Of a stretch of 64,000 nucleotides of DNA, positions 53,765 to 64,000 are shown one piece after another; position 1 is the first letter of the stretch; each line of letters opens with the position of its first letter. The notes beneath the pieces were generated by a model that saw nothing but the letters and a program-made list of their open reading frames with translations, made no database searches and had not been told where the DNA came from. A program made the position numbers and the translations under genes. The stretch comes from Squalus acanthias (Eukaryota), in contig CM059433.1 in NCBI GenBank assembly GCA_030390025.1, forward strand, positions 19,036,001 to 19,100,000, given 5' to 3'.

Positions 53765-54045
53765 TTATTCATTCTCAGGATATGGACGTCGCTGGCAAGG
53801 CAGGCATTTACTGTCCATCCCGGTTCCCCTAGAGAAGGTGGGGTGGGCCTTTATCTTGAACCTTTGCAGTCCATGTGGGGAAGGTACTCTCACAATGCTG
53901 TTACGTAGGGAGTTCTAATACTTTGACTCAGTGACGATGAAGTAACAGCAATATACATCCAAGTCTGGATGGTGTGTGACTTGGATGGGGAACTTGGAGG
54001 TGATGGTGTTCCCATGCACCTGCTCCCCTTGTCCTTCTAGGCAGT
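53765..54045 (-). mobile_element. Crack-like LINE 3' fragment
   Basis: Homologous to 7700-7980. Confidence 0.7.
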
Positions 54046-54134
54046 GTAGATCAGCTGCTTCACCACAGCTCACTGAAGCTGATTCAAGACCAAGCATGTG
54101 CAGCACCCGAGATGTCCCAGAGGGACCACAAGGA

Positions 54135-55075
54135 CAAAGGTTTAGAGAGTAGGTATCAAAAAGAAAGAAAATTACTATTTTCCTTCCCCAGCATAGGGCC
54201 TAGACGGCTGAAGTGGGATGCACAAGATGCCAGAGTCAGAGGGGGACAAGTTTGTAGGGCTGGAGGAGGTTACAGATATGGAAGGGTGAAGCCAGAAAGG
54301 AATTTAAACACAAGAATGAAAATTTTAAATTGGAGGTGTGGGGGACCAGGAGCTAATGTCAGTCAGTGAAGACAGGGGTTATGGGTGAGCAGGACTTTGT
54401 GCGTGATGGAACACGGCCATCAGAGTTTTAGATGAAGTGATGTTTATGGAGGGTGGAAGGCTGGCCAGGTGAGCTTTGGAATGGTTGAGTCTGAGGGTGA
54501 CAAGGCAGAGCTTCTGAGGGGCTCAGCAGCAGATGGGCTGAGGCAGGAATGTTTCGGAGGTTGAAGTAGGCGGTCTTGTGATGGAGAGGTTATGGAGTCA
54601 GAAGCTCAGCTCGGGGTCAGATGGGATGCCGAAGTTGGGATACAGTGGGTGCTGAGGAGGGTGAAATCAGTGACAAGCGTTTAGGGTTTGTGGCGGGGGC
54701 CAAAGGCGATGGCCTTGTTCTTCTTAACATTTAATTAGTGGAAACTGTGGCTTATCCAAGACTGGATGTCGGACCAACAGTCTAACAGCACAGATCAAAG
54801 ATATAGTGTCGGGGTCGAGAGAGGTGGTGGAGAGGTAGAACTGGGTGTCATAATCATACATGTGGAAGCTAATCTTATGTCTTTGGGTAATGCTGCCAAG
54901 GAGCAGCACGTAGATGAGGAAGAGGCCAAAGACAGCTTCTTGGTGGGCAAGGTGGGGATGCAGCAAAGGCAGCTGAACTGCTGGTCTTAATCTTAGTGAC
55001 AAAGAAGTTCATGAGCTCCTCGCACGTCTTGTTGGATGCAAGGATGGAGAGGGTAGAGAAGAGGAAAAATAGCCA
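54135..55075 (-). mobile_element. Degenerate L2 fragment
   Basis: FHMYDYDTQFY (degenerate YADDTQLY); similar to 61713-63370. Confidence 0.72.
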
Positions 55076-55082
55076 GTTTTAT

Positions 55083-55335
55083 GTCTCCTGACTGCTATCC
55101 AGCGACATCTGCTAGAAGTGCACGTGTAGTCATTCAGAAAAAAAAGGTACGGTTCGTCTGTGATGCTACCTGAGTTCGAGTAGCCTGCTGAAATTCACTG
55201 ACTAGGTTCAGACATGAAGAACGGACACGTGGGTGAGGTCCCAGAGGATGATGGTTTCCTATGGAAACACACTCCAGCAAGGAATCAATACTTGCAGCAG
55301 ACGAGGAGGGAAGAAATCAATGGCAACAAAAAAGT
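55083..55335 (+). mobile_element. LF-SINE-like 3' half
   Basis: ctcctgactgctatccagcgac..gagtagcctgc..ctaggttcagacatgaagaacgg..ccagcaaggaatcaa; homologous to 61420-61645. Confidence 0.65.
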
Positions 55336-56037
55336 AGGAATAAAAGACAAAAGTCTCTGAGGGACAACAGTGCAGTATTGTGCATGCCATAAATTATTTC
55401 TGTTCACAATGTCTTTAGCAATTGAAAGTTACACGTTTTGGGGTTTTTAAAACTCGGTATTTTTCTCACACTCACCACCACAGACCGTTCCCGTAAGCCT
55501 ATGCTTTCAATGACCTGGAGTGTGCTTTTATGTGCTCAATAGATAGGCAAGTATAATGAGCCCAGTGGTTCAATGGAAAAGCCTCATCACTACACTCTGC
55601 CCCATGACCTGCTCAACTTCAGAAAGTGGAAAAATAGACACGATAAAATTATATTAGGCAACAAAATACCAGTCAGACTTACTAGACACGAAACAGATAA
55701 ATACAAAAGGTGGATTTACAGTAATTATAAACTTCACTATTCTCTTGGGGAAAAAAATCAAAAACAAGAAAGGTGCTTCTTCTGCACGAATACCCAGCAC
55801 AAAACCAACTCTCCTGAAACACAGTACGTTATGTCTTACATGGTTGCTCACTACCAGAGTCTGATTTGCCCCTTATTCCTGACAGCTTTACACCAGATGA
55901 GGGGTCAACTTGACCAAACTGAATAGAAAAAGACACCTAAACAGATAGGCGTCAGGAAATATTTCTTAGGAATAATGTCTTTTTAGAGATATTTTATGCA
56001 ACAGACCCTAATGTGTATTTCCTGCAATTTGAGTAAG

Positions 56038-56820
56038 CAGCAACAGCTTGCATTTATATATCGCCTCTAACGTAGTACAACGTCCCAAGGCGCTTCACAG
56101 GCCCGTTATTTGTCACTGAACAACAGAGATATTAGGACAGGTGACCAAATGCTTGGTCAAAGAGGTAGGTTTCATGGCGCGCCTTAAAAGGAGAGGCTTA
56201 GGGAGGGAATTCCAGAGCTTAGGTCCTACGCAGCTGTAGGCACGGCTGCCAATTGTGGGGTGATGGAGATCGAGGATGCACAAGAGGCCAGAATTGAAGG
56301 AGTGAGCACAGAGGTGCTGGGTGAATGAGACTTGGTGCGAGTTAAGGTACAGGCAACAGAGTTTTGGATGAGCTGAAGTTTACGGAGGGTAGGAGACCGA
56401 CCAGGAAAGCATTGGAATTGTCGAGTCTGGAGGTAAAGCAAGCATGGATGAGGGTTTCAGCAGCAAATGGGCTGAGGCAGTGGCGGAGACGGGCATTATT
56501 ACAGATGTGAAAGTAGGCAGTCTTGGTGGTGGAGAGGATATGGGGTTGGAAGTTCAGCGCAACCTCGGCATCCTATTTGACAATGAGAACAGTCTGGTTC
56601 AGCCTCAGACAGTGGCCAGTGAAGAGAATAGAGTCAGTGCTCAGGGAATGGAGTTTGTGGCAGGGACCGAAGACAATGGGTTCGGTCTCCCCAATACTTA
56701 AATGGAAGGAAATTTCTGCTCATCCAATATTGGATGTCGAACATGCAGCGTGACAAATCAGAAGCAGTGGAGGGATTGAGGGAGGTGGTGGTGTTGAGGT
56801 ACAGCGTGGTGTCATCAGCC
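56038..56820 (-). mobile_element. L2 3' fragment
   Basis: ADDTTLYL, LQLIQNSVA; L2 tail. Confidence 0.8.
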
Positions 56821-57484
56821 GCTAGCAGTCTAACAGTTAAAATGACTGCTAGACTCCTGTGCAAATATATAGTCTTAGTAGAAATGTGAACACAACTTCC
56901 TCAATGTTACTGAAAAAAGTGTGTCTTGAAGTGTTCAAAAGTCCACTCGTTTTAAAACACCCATAAGCCCATTCTTAAGATTATAAATTCCTGCTACAAA
57001 TGGACAGATTATTTATCAAATTCAGTGGTGAGATATACAAAAATACACTTAGTGATTCTGTAATAACACAACCCATGTGGGACAATTTTTCCTTGGTACA
57101 CAAACCATCTTATTCTGATCACACATCAGTGTATTGCAAGTACAGGATATGTGACAATGAGATGTTTAATACAATAAATACACAACAAATGATTCAACTG
57201 CATAACTCATGTGTGAAGTCACAAGTGCGTTACATCAGAGAACTCAATACTTAGGGCATTTAATGCTTTGCCACCCCAGGTTCAATGAATATGATGACTG
57301 CAATGAAAATATCAACACTACCCTTCAAAAAAGTTACTTTTCTGTTGGATGTTTACTTCAGAGCAATGGAGCAGTGTTGCATATTATACAGTTAAGTGAC
57401 AAAGCAGGGTATCTGCTATGGTACAACATAGCTGATATTCAATGGGCCATATACGTAGCTTTTTTCCATGCTACCAAAAATATG

Positions 57485-57601
57485 ATGTGGAGATGCCGGT
57501 GTTGGACTGGGGTGGACAAAAGTGAGAAGTCGCACAACACCAGGTTATAGTCCAACAGATTTATTTGAAATCACAAGCTTTCGGAGCGCTGCTCCTTCGT
57601 C
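57485..57601 (-). mobile_element. Penelope-like terminal fragment (family A), truncated inside the hammerhead core
   Basis: UGACGA-A-GGAGC-AGC-GCUCC-GAAA-GCUU-GUGA..gtccaccccagtccaacaccggcatctccacat; 12-bp TSD accaaaaatatg (57473-57484 / 57602-57613). Confidence 0.85.
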
Positions 57602-58331
57602 ACCAAAAATATGCATGATCAGTCAACAAAGTCCCATACAAACATTTTACGTTATTTGTACTAAGATGGGAATGATTTCAAAACTGGATTCTAATCACAT
57701 CATTCAAGATGAAAGCTACATTTGAGATTCCATCAATTACTCACTGGGTAAACACACCACATGGTGTGACACTGACTCATAGGCTCAAAAAAGGTGCCAG
57801 GTTTGGTGTGATAAGTCAGTTGATTTCAGTTGGGGCCCGAGTATCCTGGGCTGGGGGTTGAACTCAGGCAGGACTTCTCGTGCCTGACAGCTATGCAGTG
57901 AGCATAGGTGGATGTCACAGGGGGCCAGCATTCAGCTTGGCTACGAACCACACCAACCCACCCCCAACACTCACTCAGGGAAGGTTTCAAAGGTTGTTGT
58001 GGAACTATAATCCAGCAAAATTCTGCACCTTCAGGAAAAACTATTGGGGAGGCGAGAAGAAGAAAGGCAGTTTAGATGATAAACTACTGGATTACATTAT
58101 GGCTTTGTAAACCAATGTCAGACAGACTGCAGACTTACTATAACAATCACATCATCTTCACTAGTTGGCTGTGTAAGAACAAAGCCAAACATTTTGATTA
58201 TTGAAGCAGACAGGAAGCCTGTAAGCAGCGAGTGTGAGCAGCTGTGCTGATGCTGATGCTGGGGGGTTACCCCACTCCCCTCCCCTGTCTGTCTGTCGGT
58301 CGGTCTCTGGGTCTTTTATTTTCAATCTCAC

Positions 58332-58550
58332 CTCCACCCCGGTGTAGCTCTCGAAGAAGAAGAGGACGACACTCTGGTAGATGGTGTAGAGCCGGTCGTC
58401 CATGATGTGGTAGAGGCGGGCGGGCAGCAGCAAGGAGAGTAGGCGCCAGGCCGCCCAGGTGAGGAGGTAAACCGGGGCCGTGCCCATCATCACGGCGGCC
58501 GGCAGCCAGTAGCGGAGCGAGTGGGTGTGCACGACCAGCGAGAGCAGCAT
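58332..58550 (-). CDS. AGPAT5: AGPAT5 (1-acylglycerol-3-phosphate O-acyltransferase 5) coding exon 1
   Basis: Translates MLLSLVVHTHSLRYWLPAAVMMGTAPVYLLTWAAWRLLSLLLPARLYHIMDDRLYTIYQSVVLFFFESYTGVE, matching the vertebrate AGPAT5 N-terminus; 219 bp; ATG in ggcaacATG context; GTGAGA donor. Confidence 0.97.
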
Positions 58551-58860
58551 GTTGCCGGGGTGAGGAGGAGGGGGGGGAAAGGAGAGGGAAGGGGAGGGGG
58601 GGAGAGAGGAGGCCGGGGCGGCGGGTTTCACTCCGCGGGAGCCTGGGGCTGGGGGCACGGCCGGAGCCGCTCTCTGGGTGTCGGTGTCGGTGTCGGAGTC
58701 AGACTCACGGGCTCAGCGGCAGCGCTTCCCGACCGCCGCCGCCACCTCCCAGCATCGCGCCCGCTCATTGGCCGCTCCGCCGCCTCCCCATAGCAACCGG
58801 GGGGGCGGGGCCAAAGTTTGTCCAGTGTGTGTGTGCGCCGCCCCCAGGAGCCACCGTCAG
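58551..58860 (-). promoter_or_regulatory. CpG-island promoter / 5' UTR of AGPAT5
   Basis: GC- and CpG-rich. CCAAT on minus strand (ATTGG 58767-58771), RFX X-box-like CATAGCAAC 58789-58797, GC box GGGGCGGGGC 58802-58811. TSS not determinable. Confidence 0.75.
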
Positions 58861-60740
58861 GGCAACATCTGCCCAGGCAAAGAGCCGAGATTTGAGCTCT
58901 GTAATGTCATTTACTGTAAATAAAATGTTCAAATTTTAAAAAAAAACCATCTGCCCAGGAGCAACAGTAAGGGCAACATCTGCCCTCAGGAGCCAGTGTC
59001 AGGCCAACATCTGTCCCCAGGATCCAGAGTCAGGCCAACATCTGCCCACAGGATCCAGAGTCAGGGCAACATCTGCCCCCATATTCCAGAGTCAAGGCAA
59101 CATCTGCCCCCAGGATCCAGAGTCAGGCCAACATCTGTCCCCAGGATCCAGAGTCAGGCCAACATCTGCCCACAGGATCCAGAGTCAGGCCAACATCTGC
59201 CCCCATATTCCAGAGTCAAGGCAACATCTGCCCACAGGATCCAGAGTCAAGGCAACATCTGCCCCCAGGATCCAGAGTCAGGCCAACATCTGCCCCCAGG
59301 AGACAGAGTCAGGGCAACATCTGCCCCCATGATCCAGAGTCAGGCCAACATCTGCCCCCAGGAGCCAGAGTCAGGGCAACATCTGCCCCCAGGAGCCAGA
59401 GTCAGGGCAACATCTGACCCCAGGAGCCAGAGTCAGGCCAACATCTGCCCCCAGAGTCAGGCCAACATCTGCCCCCAGGAGCCAGAGTCAGGGCAACAAC
59501 TGCCTCAAGAGCCAGATTCAGGCCAACATCTGCCCCCATATTCCAGAGTCAGGGCAACATCTGCCCCCAGAATCCAGAGTCAGGGCAACATCTGCCCCCA
59601 GGATCCAGAGTCAGGGCAACATCTGCCCACAGGATCCAGAGTCAGGGCAACATCTGCCCCCAGGATCCAAAGTCAGGGCAACATCTGCCTCCAAGAGCCA
59701 GGGCAACATCTGCCCCTAGGAGCCAGAGTCAGGCCAACATCTGCCCCAGGAGCCAGAGTCAGGGCAACATCTGCCTCAAGAGCCAGAGTCAGGGCAACAT
59801 CTGCCCCCAGGAGCCAGAGACAGGACAACATCTGCCCCCAGGAGCCAGAGTCAGGGCAACATCTGCCCCCAGGAGCCAGAGTCAGGACAACATCTGCCCC
59901 CAGGAGCCAGAGTCAGGACAACATCTGCTCCCAGGAGCCAGAGTCAGGACAACATCTGCCCCCAGGAGCCAGAGTCAGTGGGCAACACGGTGGCATAGTG
60001 GTTAGCACTGTTGCCTCACAGCGCCAGGGACCCGGGTTCGAATCCGGCCTACGGGTGACTGTGTGGAGTTTGCACATTCTCCCCGTGTCTGCGTGGGTTT
60101 CCTCCGGGTGCTCTGGTTTCCTCCCACAGTCCAAAGATGTGCGGGTTAGGTTGATTTGGCTATGATAAATTGACCCTTAGTGTTAGGGGGATTAAAAACG
60201 TGGGGTTACGGGGCTAGGGTGGGATATGTGTCGGTGCAGGCTCGATGGGCCGAAATGACCTCTATCTGCATTGTGGGGATTCTGTGATCATCTGGCAATC
60301 TGCCGCAGGAACCAGAATCAGGCCAACATCTGCCCTCAGGAGCTAGAGTCAGGCCAACATCTGCCCCCAGGAGCCAGAGTCAGGACATCATCTGGCCATC
60401 TGCCCCAGGAGCCAGAATCAGGCCAACATCTGCCCCCAGGATCCAGAGTCAGGGCAATATCTGCCACCAGGATCCAGAGTCAGGACAACATCTGCTCCCA
60501 GGAGCCAGAGTCAGTGCCACATCTGGCCAGCTCCCCCAGAGACCATAGTCAGTCCAACATCTGGCCAGCTGCCCTAGGATCCAGAGACAGGGCAACATCT
60601 GGCCAGCTTCCCCAGGAGCCAGAGACATAGCAACATCTGCCCCAGGAGCCAGAGTCATGGCACCATCTGCCCCAGGAGCCAGAGTCAGGGTAAAATCTGC
60701 CCCAGGAGCCAGAGTCAGAACAACATCTGGCCAGCTGTCC
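58855..60740. repeat. 31-bp minisatellite array upstream of AGPAT5
   Basis: Unit GAGTCAGGGCAACATCTGCCCCCAGGA(T/G)CCA, several dozen copies, interrupted at 58885-58945 and by a SINE. Confidence 0.95.
59980..60288 (+). mobile_element. tRNA-derived V-SINE (HE1-like)
   Basis: A box TGGCATAGTGG 59991-60001, B box GGTTCGAATCC 60035-60045, V domain gtggagtttgcacattctccccgtgtctgcgtgggtttcctccgggtgctc, CR1-like tail. Confidence 0.9.
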
Positions 60741-60914
60741 CACTCACTGCAGGAGGCACTGCCAATTACTTATTGTTTGGGATTTACCATTGACATTGCT
60801 AAAGAAATAGACACTTCTAATGCTTTTAAGTCTCCATGCCATTTTCTTCATTACTGTCAGCACTCCTAGCACTTGATAGCTCAAATCTGAACTTATTGAG
60901 TTACACATTTTTTG

Positions 60915-61190
60915 GTTTTTTTATTCCATCATGATACGTAGGCACTTTTGCCCATCCCTAATTGCCCTAGAGAAGGTGGTGGTGAGCCAGCCTTCTTCAA
61001 CCGCTGCAGTCCGCGTGGTGAAGGTACTCCCAGTTTTTTTTAATTCGTTTATGGGATGTGGGCGTCGCTGGCAAGGCCAGCATTTATTGCCCATCCCTAA
61101 TTGCCTATTAGGCAGGGAGTTCCAGGATTTTGACCTAGCGACAATGAAGGAACGGCAACTTATTTCCAAGTCAGGTTGGTGTGTGACCTA
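60915..61190 (-). mobile_element. Two juxtaposed Crack-like LINE 3' ends
   Basis: gcccatccctaattgcc occurs twice, each after a T tract; homologous to 7700-7915. Confidence 0.65.
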
Positions 61191-61239
61191 TATTAAAAAT
61201 GTGATCAACTTAACTCTTGAAAAATAAATGTTGCAGCTT

Positions 61240-61645
61240 TGCCCATCAGCTCAGTTAGTTTATCCAGCGAAAGGCTGAGCCATAAGGATCAGGAAGGTCC
61301 CAGGTACAATTCCTAATCAATGTTGAGTTAGCTGATCTTAACTGAGGTGGCAGTAGGATGGTGACGATTAGCCTCAATACTTTTGGGTTAGAGAGGGGGG
61401 AAATAACCCATAGCTCATGACTCTAATTGCTATTCAGTGACTCCTGTTGGAAGTATGCGTGTGGACATCAGATGAAGTAGGATAAGGCTCATTTGTGAGG
61501 CCCTCCATGTTCAAATAGCCTGCTGTCCCTTGCTGTTGAGGCTCACATGCAAATAATGGCCACTTGGTGTGGTATTGGTGGATGACCCGTGTGTATTGAA
61601 CCACACTCTAACATCATGAGGAAAAATGGCTAAAAAGGAGAATCT
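61240..61645 (+). mobile_element. LF-SINE-like element, near full length
   Basis: gagccata..caggaaggtcccaggt..gagttagctgatc..aatagcctgc..aggctcaca..aatggccacttgg in the order I recall for the LF-SINE consensus. Confidence 0.72.
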
Positions 61646-61712
61646 TTTAAAAGGAAATGAACACAGTTCCAAATCTTTAAATGAGTTTGCAATGTGTGCC
61701 ACTTCTAACATT

Positions 61713-63370
61713 CAACAACAACAACAACAACAACTTGCATTTATATAGCACCTTTAAAGTCATAAAGCATCCCAAGGCGCTTCACAGGAGAGTTATCAAA
61801 CAAAATTTGACACTGAGCCACATAAGGAGATATTAGGACAGATGAGTGGTAGATTTTAAGGAGCATCTTAAAGGAGAAGAGAGAGGTAGAGAGGCAAAGA
61901 GGTTTAGGGAGGGAATTCCAGAGCTTAGGGCCTAGGCAGCTGAAAGCACAGCCACCAACGGTGGAGCAATTAAAATATGGGATGCGCAAGAGACCAGAAT
62001 TGGAGGAGCCCAAAGATCTTGAGGGTTGTAGGGCTGGAAGAGGCTACAAAGATAGGGCAGGGTGAGACCAAGGAGGGATCTGAAAACAAGGATGAGAATT
62101 TTAAAATTGAGGCTTTGAGGGAGCCAATGTAGGCCAGCGAGCACAGGGGTGATGGGTGAACGGGAATTGGTGTGAGTTAAGATGCGGGCAGCAGAGTTTT
62201 GGATGAGCTCTAGTTTATTGGGGGTGGAAGATGGGAGGCCGGCCAGGAGTGCGATGGAATAGTCAAGTCTAGAGGTAACAAAGGCATGGATGAGGGTTTC
62301 AGCAGCAGATGAGCTGAGGCAAGGGCGAAGTCGAGCGATGTTACGGAGGTGGAAGTAGACGGTCTTGGTGATGGCGCGGATATGTGGTCGGAAGCTCATC
62401 TCAAGGTTAAATACGACACCAAGGTTCCAAGCAGTCTGGTTCAGCCTCACTGTGGGAGCGGGTGAGTCTCTGGCTACGACTGGATAGATACGAATGGAAC
62501 CAGGCGAGTGCAGTCCCACCCAGCTGGATGACGGGGGAGAGGCGTTGGTGGAGGATGGTGTGGAGGGGGACAGTACCTGAGGAGAGAGAACTGTTAACAA
62601 TGTCAGCTAACATGGGGCCAGGAAGGGAAGTTGGGTGGTCAGCAGTTTGGTCAGAATAGGGTCCAGGGAGCAGGAGGTGGGTCTCATGGACAAGCTGAAT
62701 TCAAAGAGGGCATGAGGGGAGATAGGAGAGAAAGATGTGAGTTCAGGGCTAGGGCAGGGGGGAACCTTAGAGGGAGTTTGGCCCGGGGAAGGTAGGGAAG
62801 TGGCAGAGGCAGCTGAACGGATGGTCTCATTCTTAGTGACAAAGAAGTCCATGAGCTCCTTGTACTTGTTGTTGGAGATGAGGGTGGAGGAGGCATAGGA
62901 GAGGGCTTTAAGAAGACGTTTTATAGTGAAGAAAAGAAGCCGGGGGTTATCTTTGCATTCCAGTATGATCCTGGAATAGTGAACAATTTTGGCAGAGGAG
63001 AGCAGGACCCAATAGTGCTTTATGTAGTTCAGCCAGATCTGGCGATGAATGACTAAAACAGTTGTCCGCCATCAATGTTCAAGTCTGCGTCCCTTGGACT
63101 TAAGGGCGCGGAGACAAGGGCCGTACCAGGAGGACGACCAGCATGAGAGAGAGTAATGTTTTTAATGGCGACTAGGGCATCAAAGGTGGAGGCGAGGGTG
63201 TGATTGAGCAAGTCGGTAGCTGCAGAAAAGTCATGGTGAATGGAGGGCCAAAGCTTGGACAGTTGGGAATTTGAAAGTGCAGTTGTAAGTGACTTGGGAG
63301 AGAGTTTTTTCCAGTGGTGGACACAGAAGGCAGTGGGGTTGAGAGGGGGAAGGGGAATGTTGACGTTGAC
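61713..63370 (-). mobile_element. L2 LINE fragment with (TTG)n tail
   Basis: NLGVVF..HLRNIARLRP..LIHAFVTSRLDY..LIQNSAAR..LHWLP. Confidence 0.9.
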
Positions 63371-63414
63371 ACCTTTGGTCATGCCACACCCATTCATTTT
63401 TGTTTAAAATGTAA

Positions 63415-64000
63415 GGGGGAAAAATTTGGTTGTTTTGCGCCTCCCGTTAGCACCCAAAGAGGGTGCTAATGGGGCGCAAAGCAACTAGTGCCCGGGCGCG
63501 GCGATGTTTGCGCCACTCGCGAAATTGACCAGACATTTTGCGGTGGCGCTAAACACTACCGCCACGATCTCCTGCGCCCGCAGATCGTGACGTCAGTCGA
63601 GTGTGCAACGTCCCGGACCCGATATTGAGTGGCGCCCCCTGCCTTTCCGCCTGCCGCTAGCAACGACAGGTTGAGGGGAATGTTTTGCAGTCGGGAAGGG
63701 ACTGGGGGAGCGCTATTTAAAGGTGACCGCCTTTTGCCTTTTTTTGTCTGCGACATTTTTGCACCACGCATTCTAGAGAGAGAGAGAGACTTCTGGAGAG
63801 ATTCAACGCTGTGTGAAGGAGTTTTGGGTATTGAGCAGCACTCTGCAGGTTCATTTTGATTTGATCTTCCTTGCATCGATTTAGAAGAGACTGTGGGGGC
63901 TGCACTTTGAGCTCTTTCCCTGGGCCTCTCCACTGTTCTTTCCAGCAGATTTGATGTACAGGTCTCTCCAGGCCGAGATTCAAGGCTGCAATGAGCAGGG
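63415..64000. mobile_element. Left end of a probable Harbinger-like element
   Basis: taa|gggggaaaaattt start with a strong subterminal hairpin at 63429-63485; other end not in the window. Confidence 0.45.

Noticed and set aside
59000..59970. CTCF or p53 sites in the minisatellite unit
   Set aside because: TGCCCCCAGGAGC differs from the CTCF core at key positions, and no RRRCWWGYYY half-site is present.
59980..60050. tRNA gene
   Set aside because: The A and B boxes belong to a SINE head followed by the V domain and a LINE-derived tail.
58996..60165. 389-aa repetitive ORF
   Set aside because: It arises because the 31-bp unit lacks stops and cycles through frames. It has no ATG start (GTG) and runs on into a SINE.
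58855..60740. CRISPR-like array (31-bp partly palindromic repeats)
   Set aside because: Units are head-to-tail with no unique spacers, there are no cas genes, and the context is eukaryotic.
152..63983. Remaining short ORFs in the track
   Set aside because: They are transposon fragments, their antisense frames, or random ORFs with no recognisable domain or splice support.

Overview
Eukaryotic genomic DNA, most likely from a shark or other elasmobranch (inferred from an HE1-type V-SINE, DeuSINE/SacSINE-like elements and abundant CR1/L2 LINEs). The window holds the 5' part of AGPAT5 on the minus strand: a CpG-island promoter and coding exons 1-5 (219/70/116/90/91 bp, all GT-AG). I did not find exon 6 onward, so it probably lies left of the window. 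The introns are full of often nested transposons: CR1, L2, a near full-length RTE with a 42-bp target duplication, Harbinger-like and hAT-like MITEs, a probable solo LTR and LF-SINE-like elements. The most striking signal is a set of Penelope-like (GIY-YIG) retroelement 3' ends from two families. They carry minimal type I hammerhead ribozyme motifs with palindromic helix III and compensatory base changes. They include a TSD-flanked 270-bp fold-back element and a mini-insertion whose inverted piece starts within 1 nt of the predicted ribozyme cut site. Two copies landed independently at the same TTTATAAA palindrome of CR1. A 31-bp stem-loop/E-box minisatellite abuts the AGPAT5 promoter. All calls were made by eye, with no database searches or folding runs.
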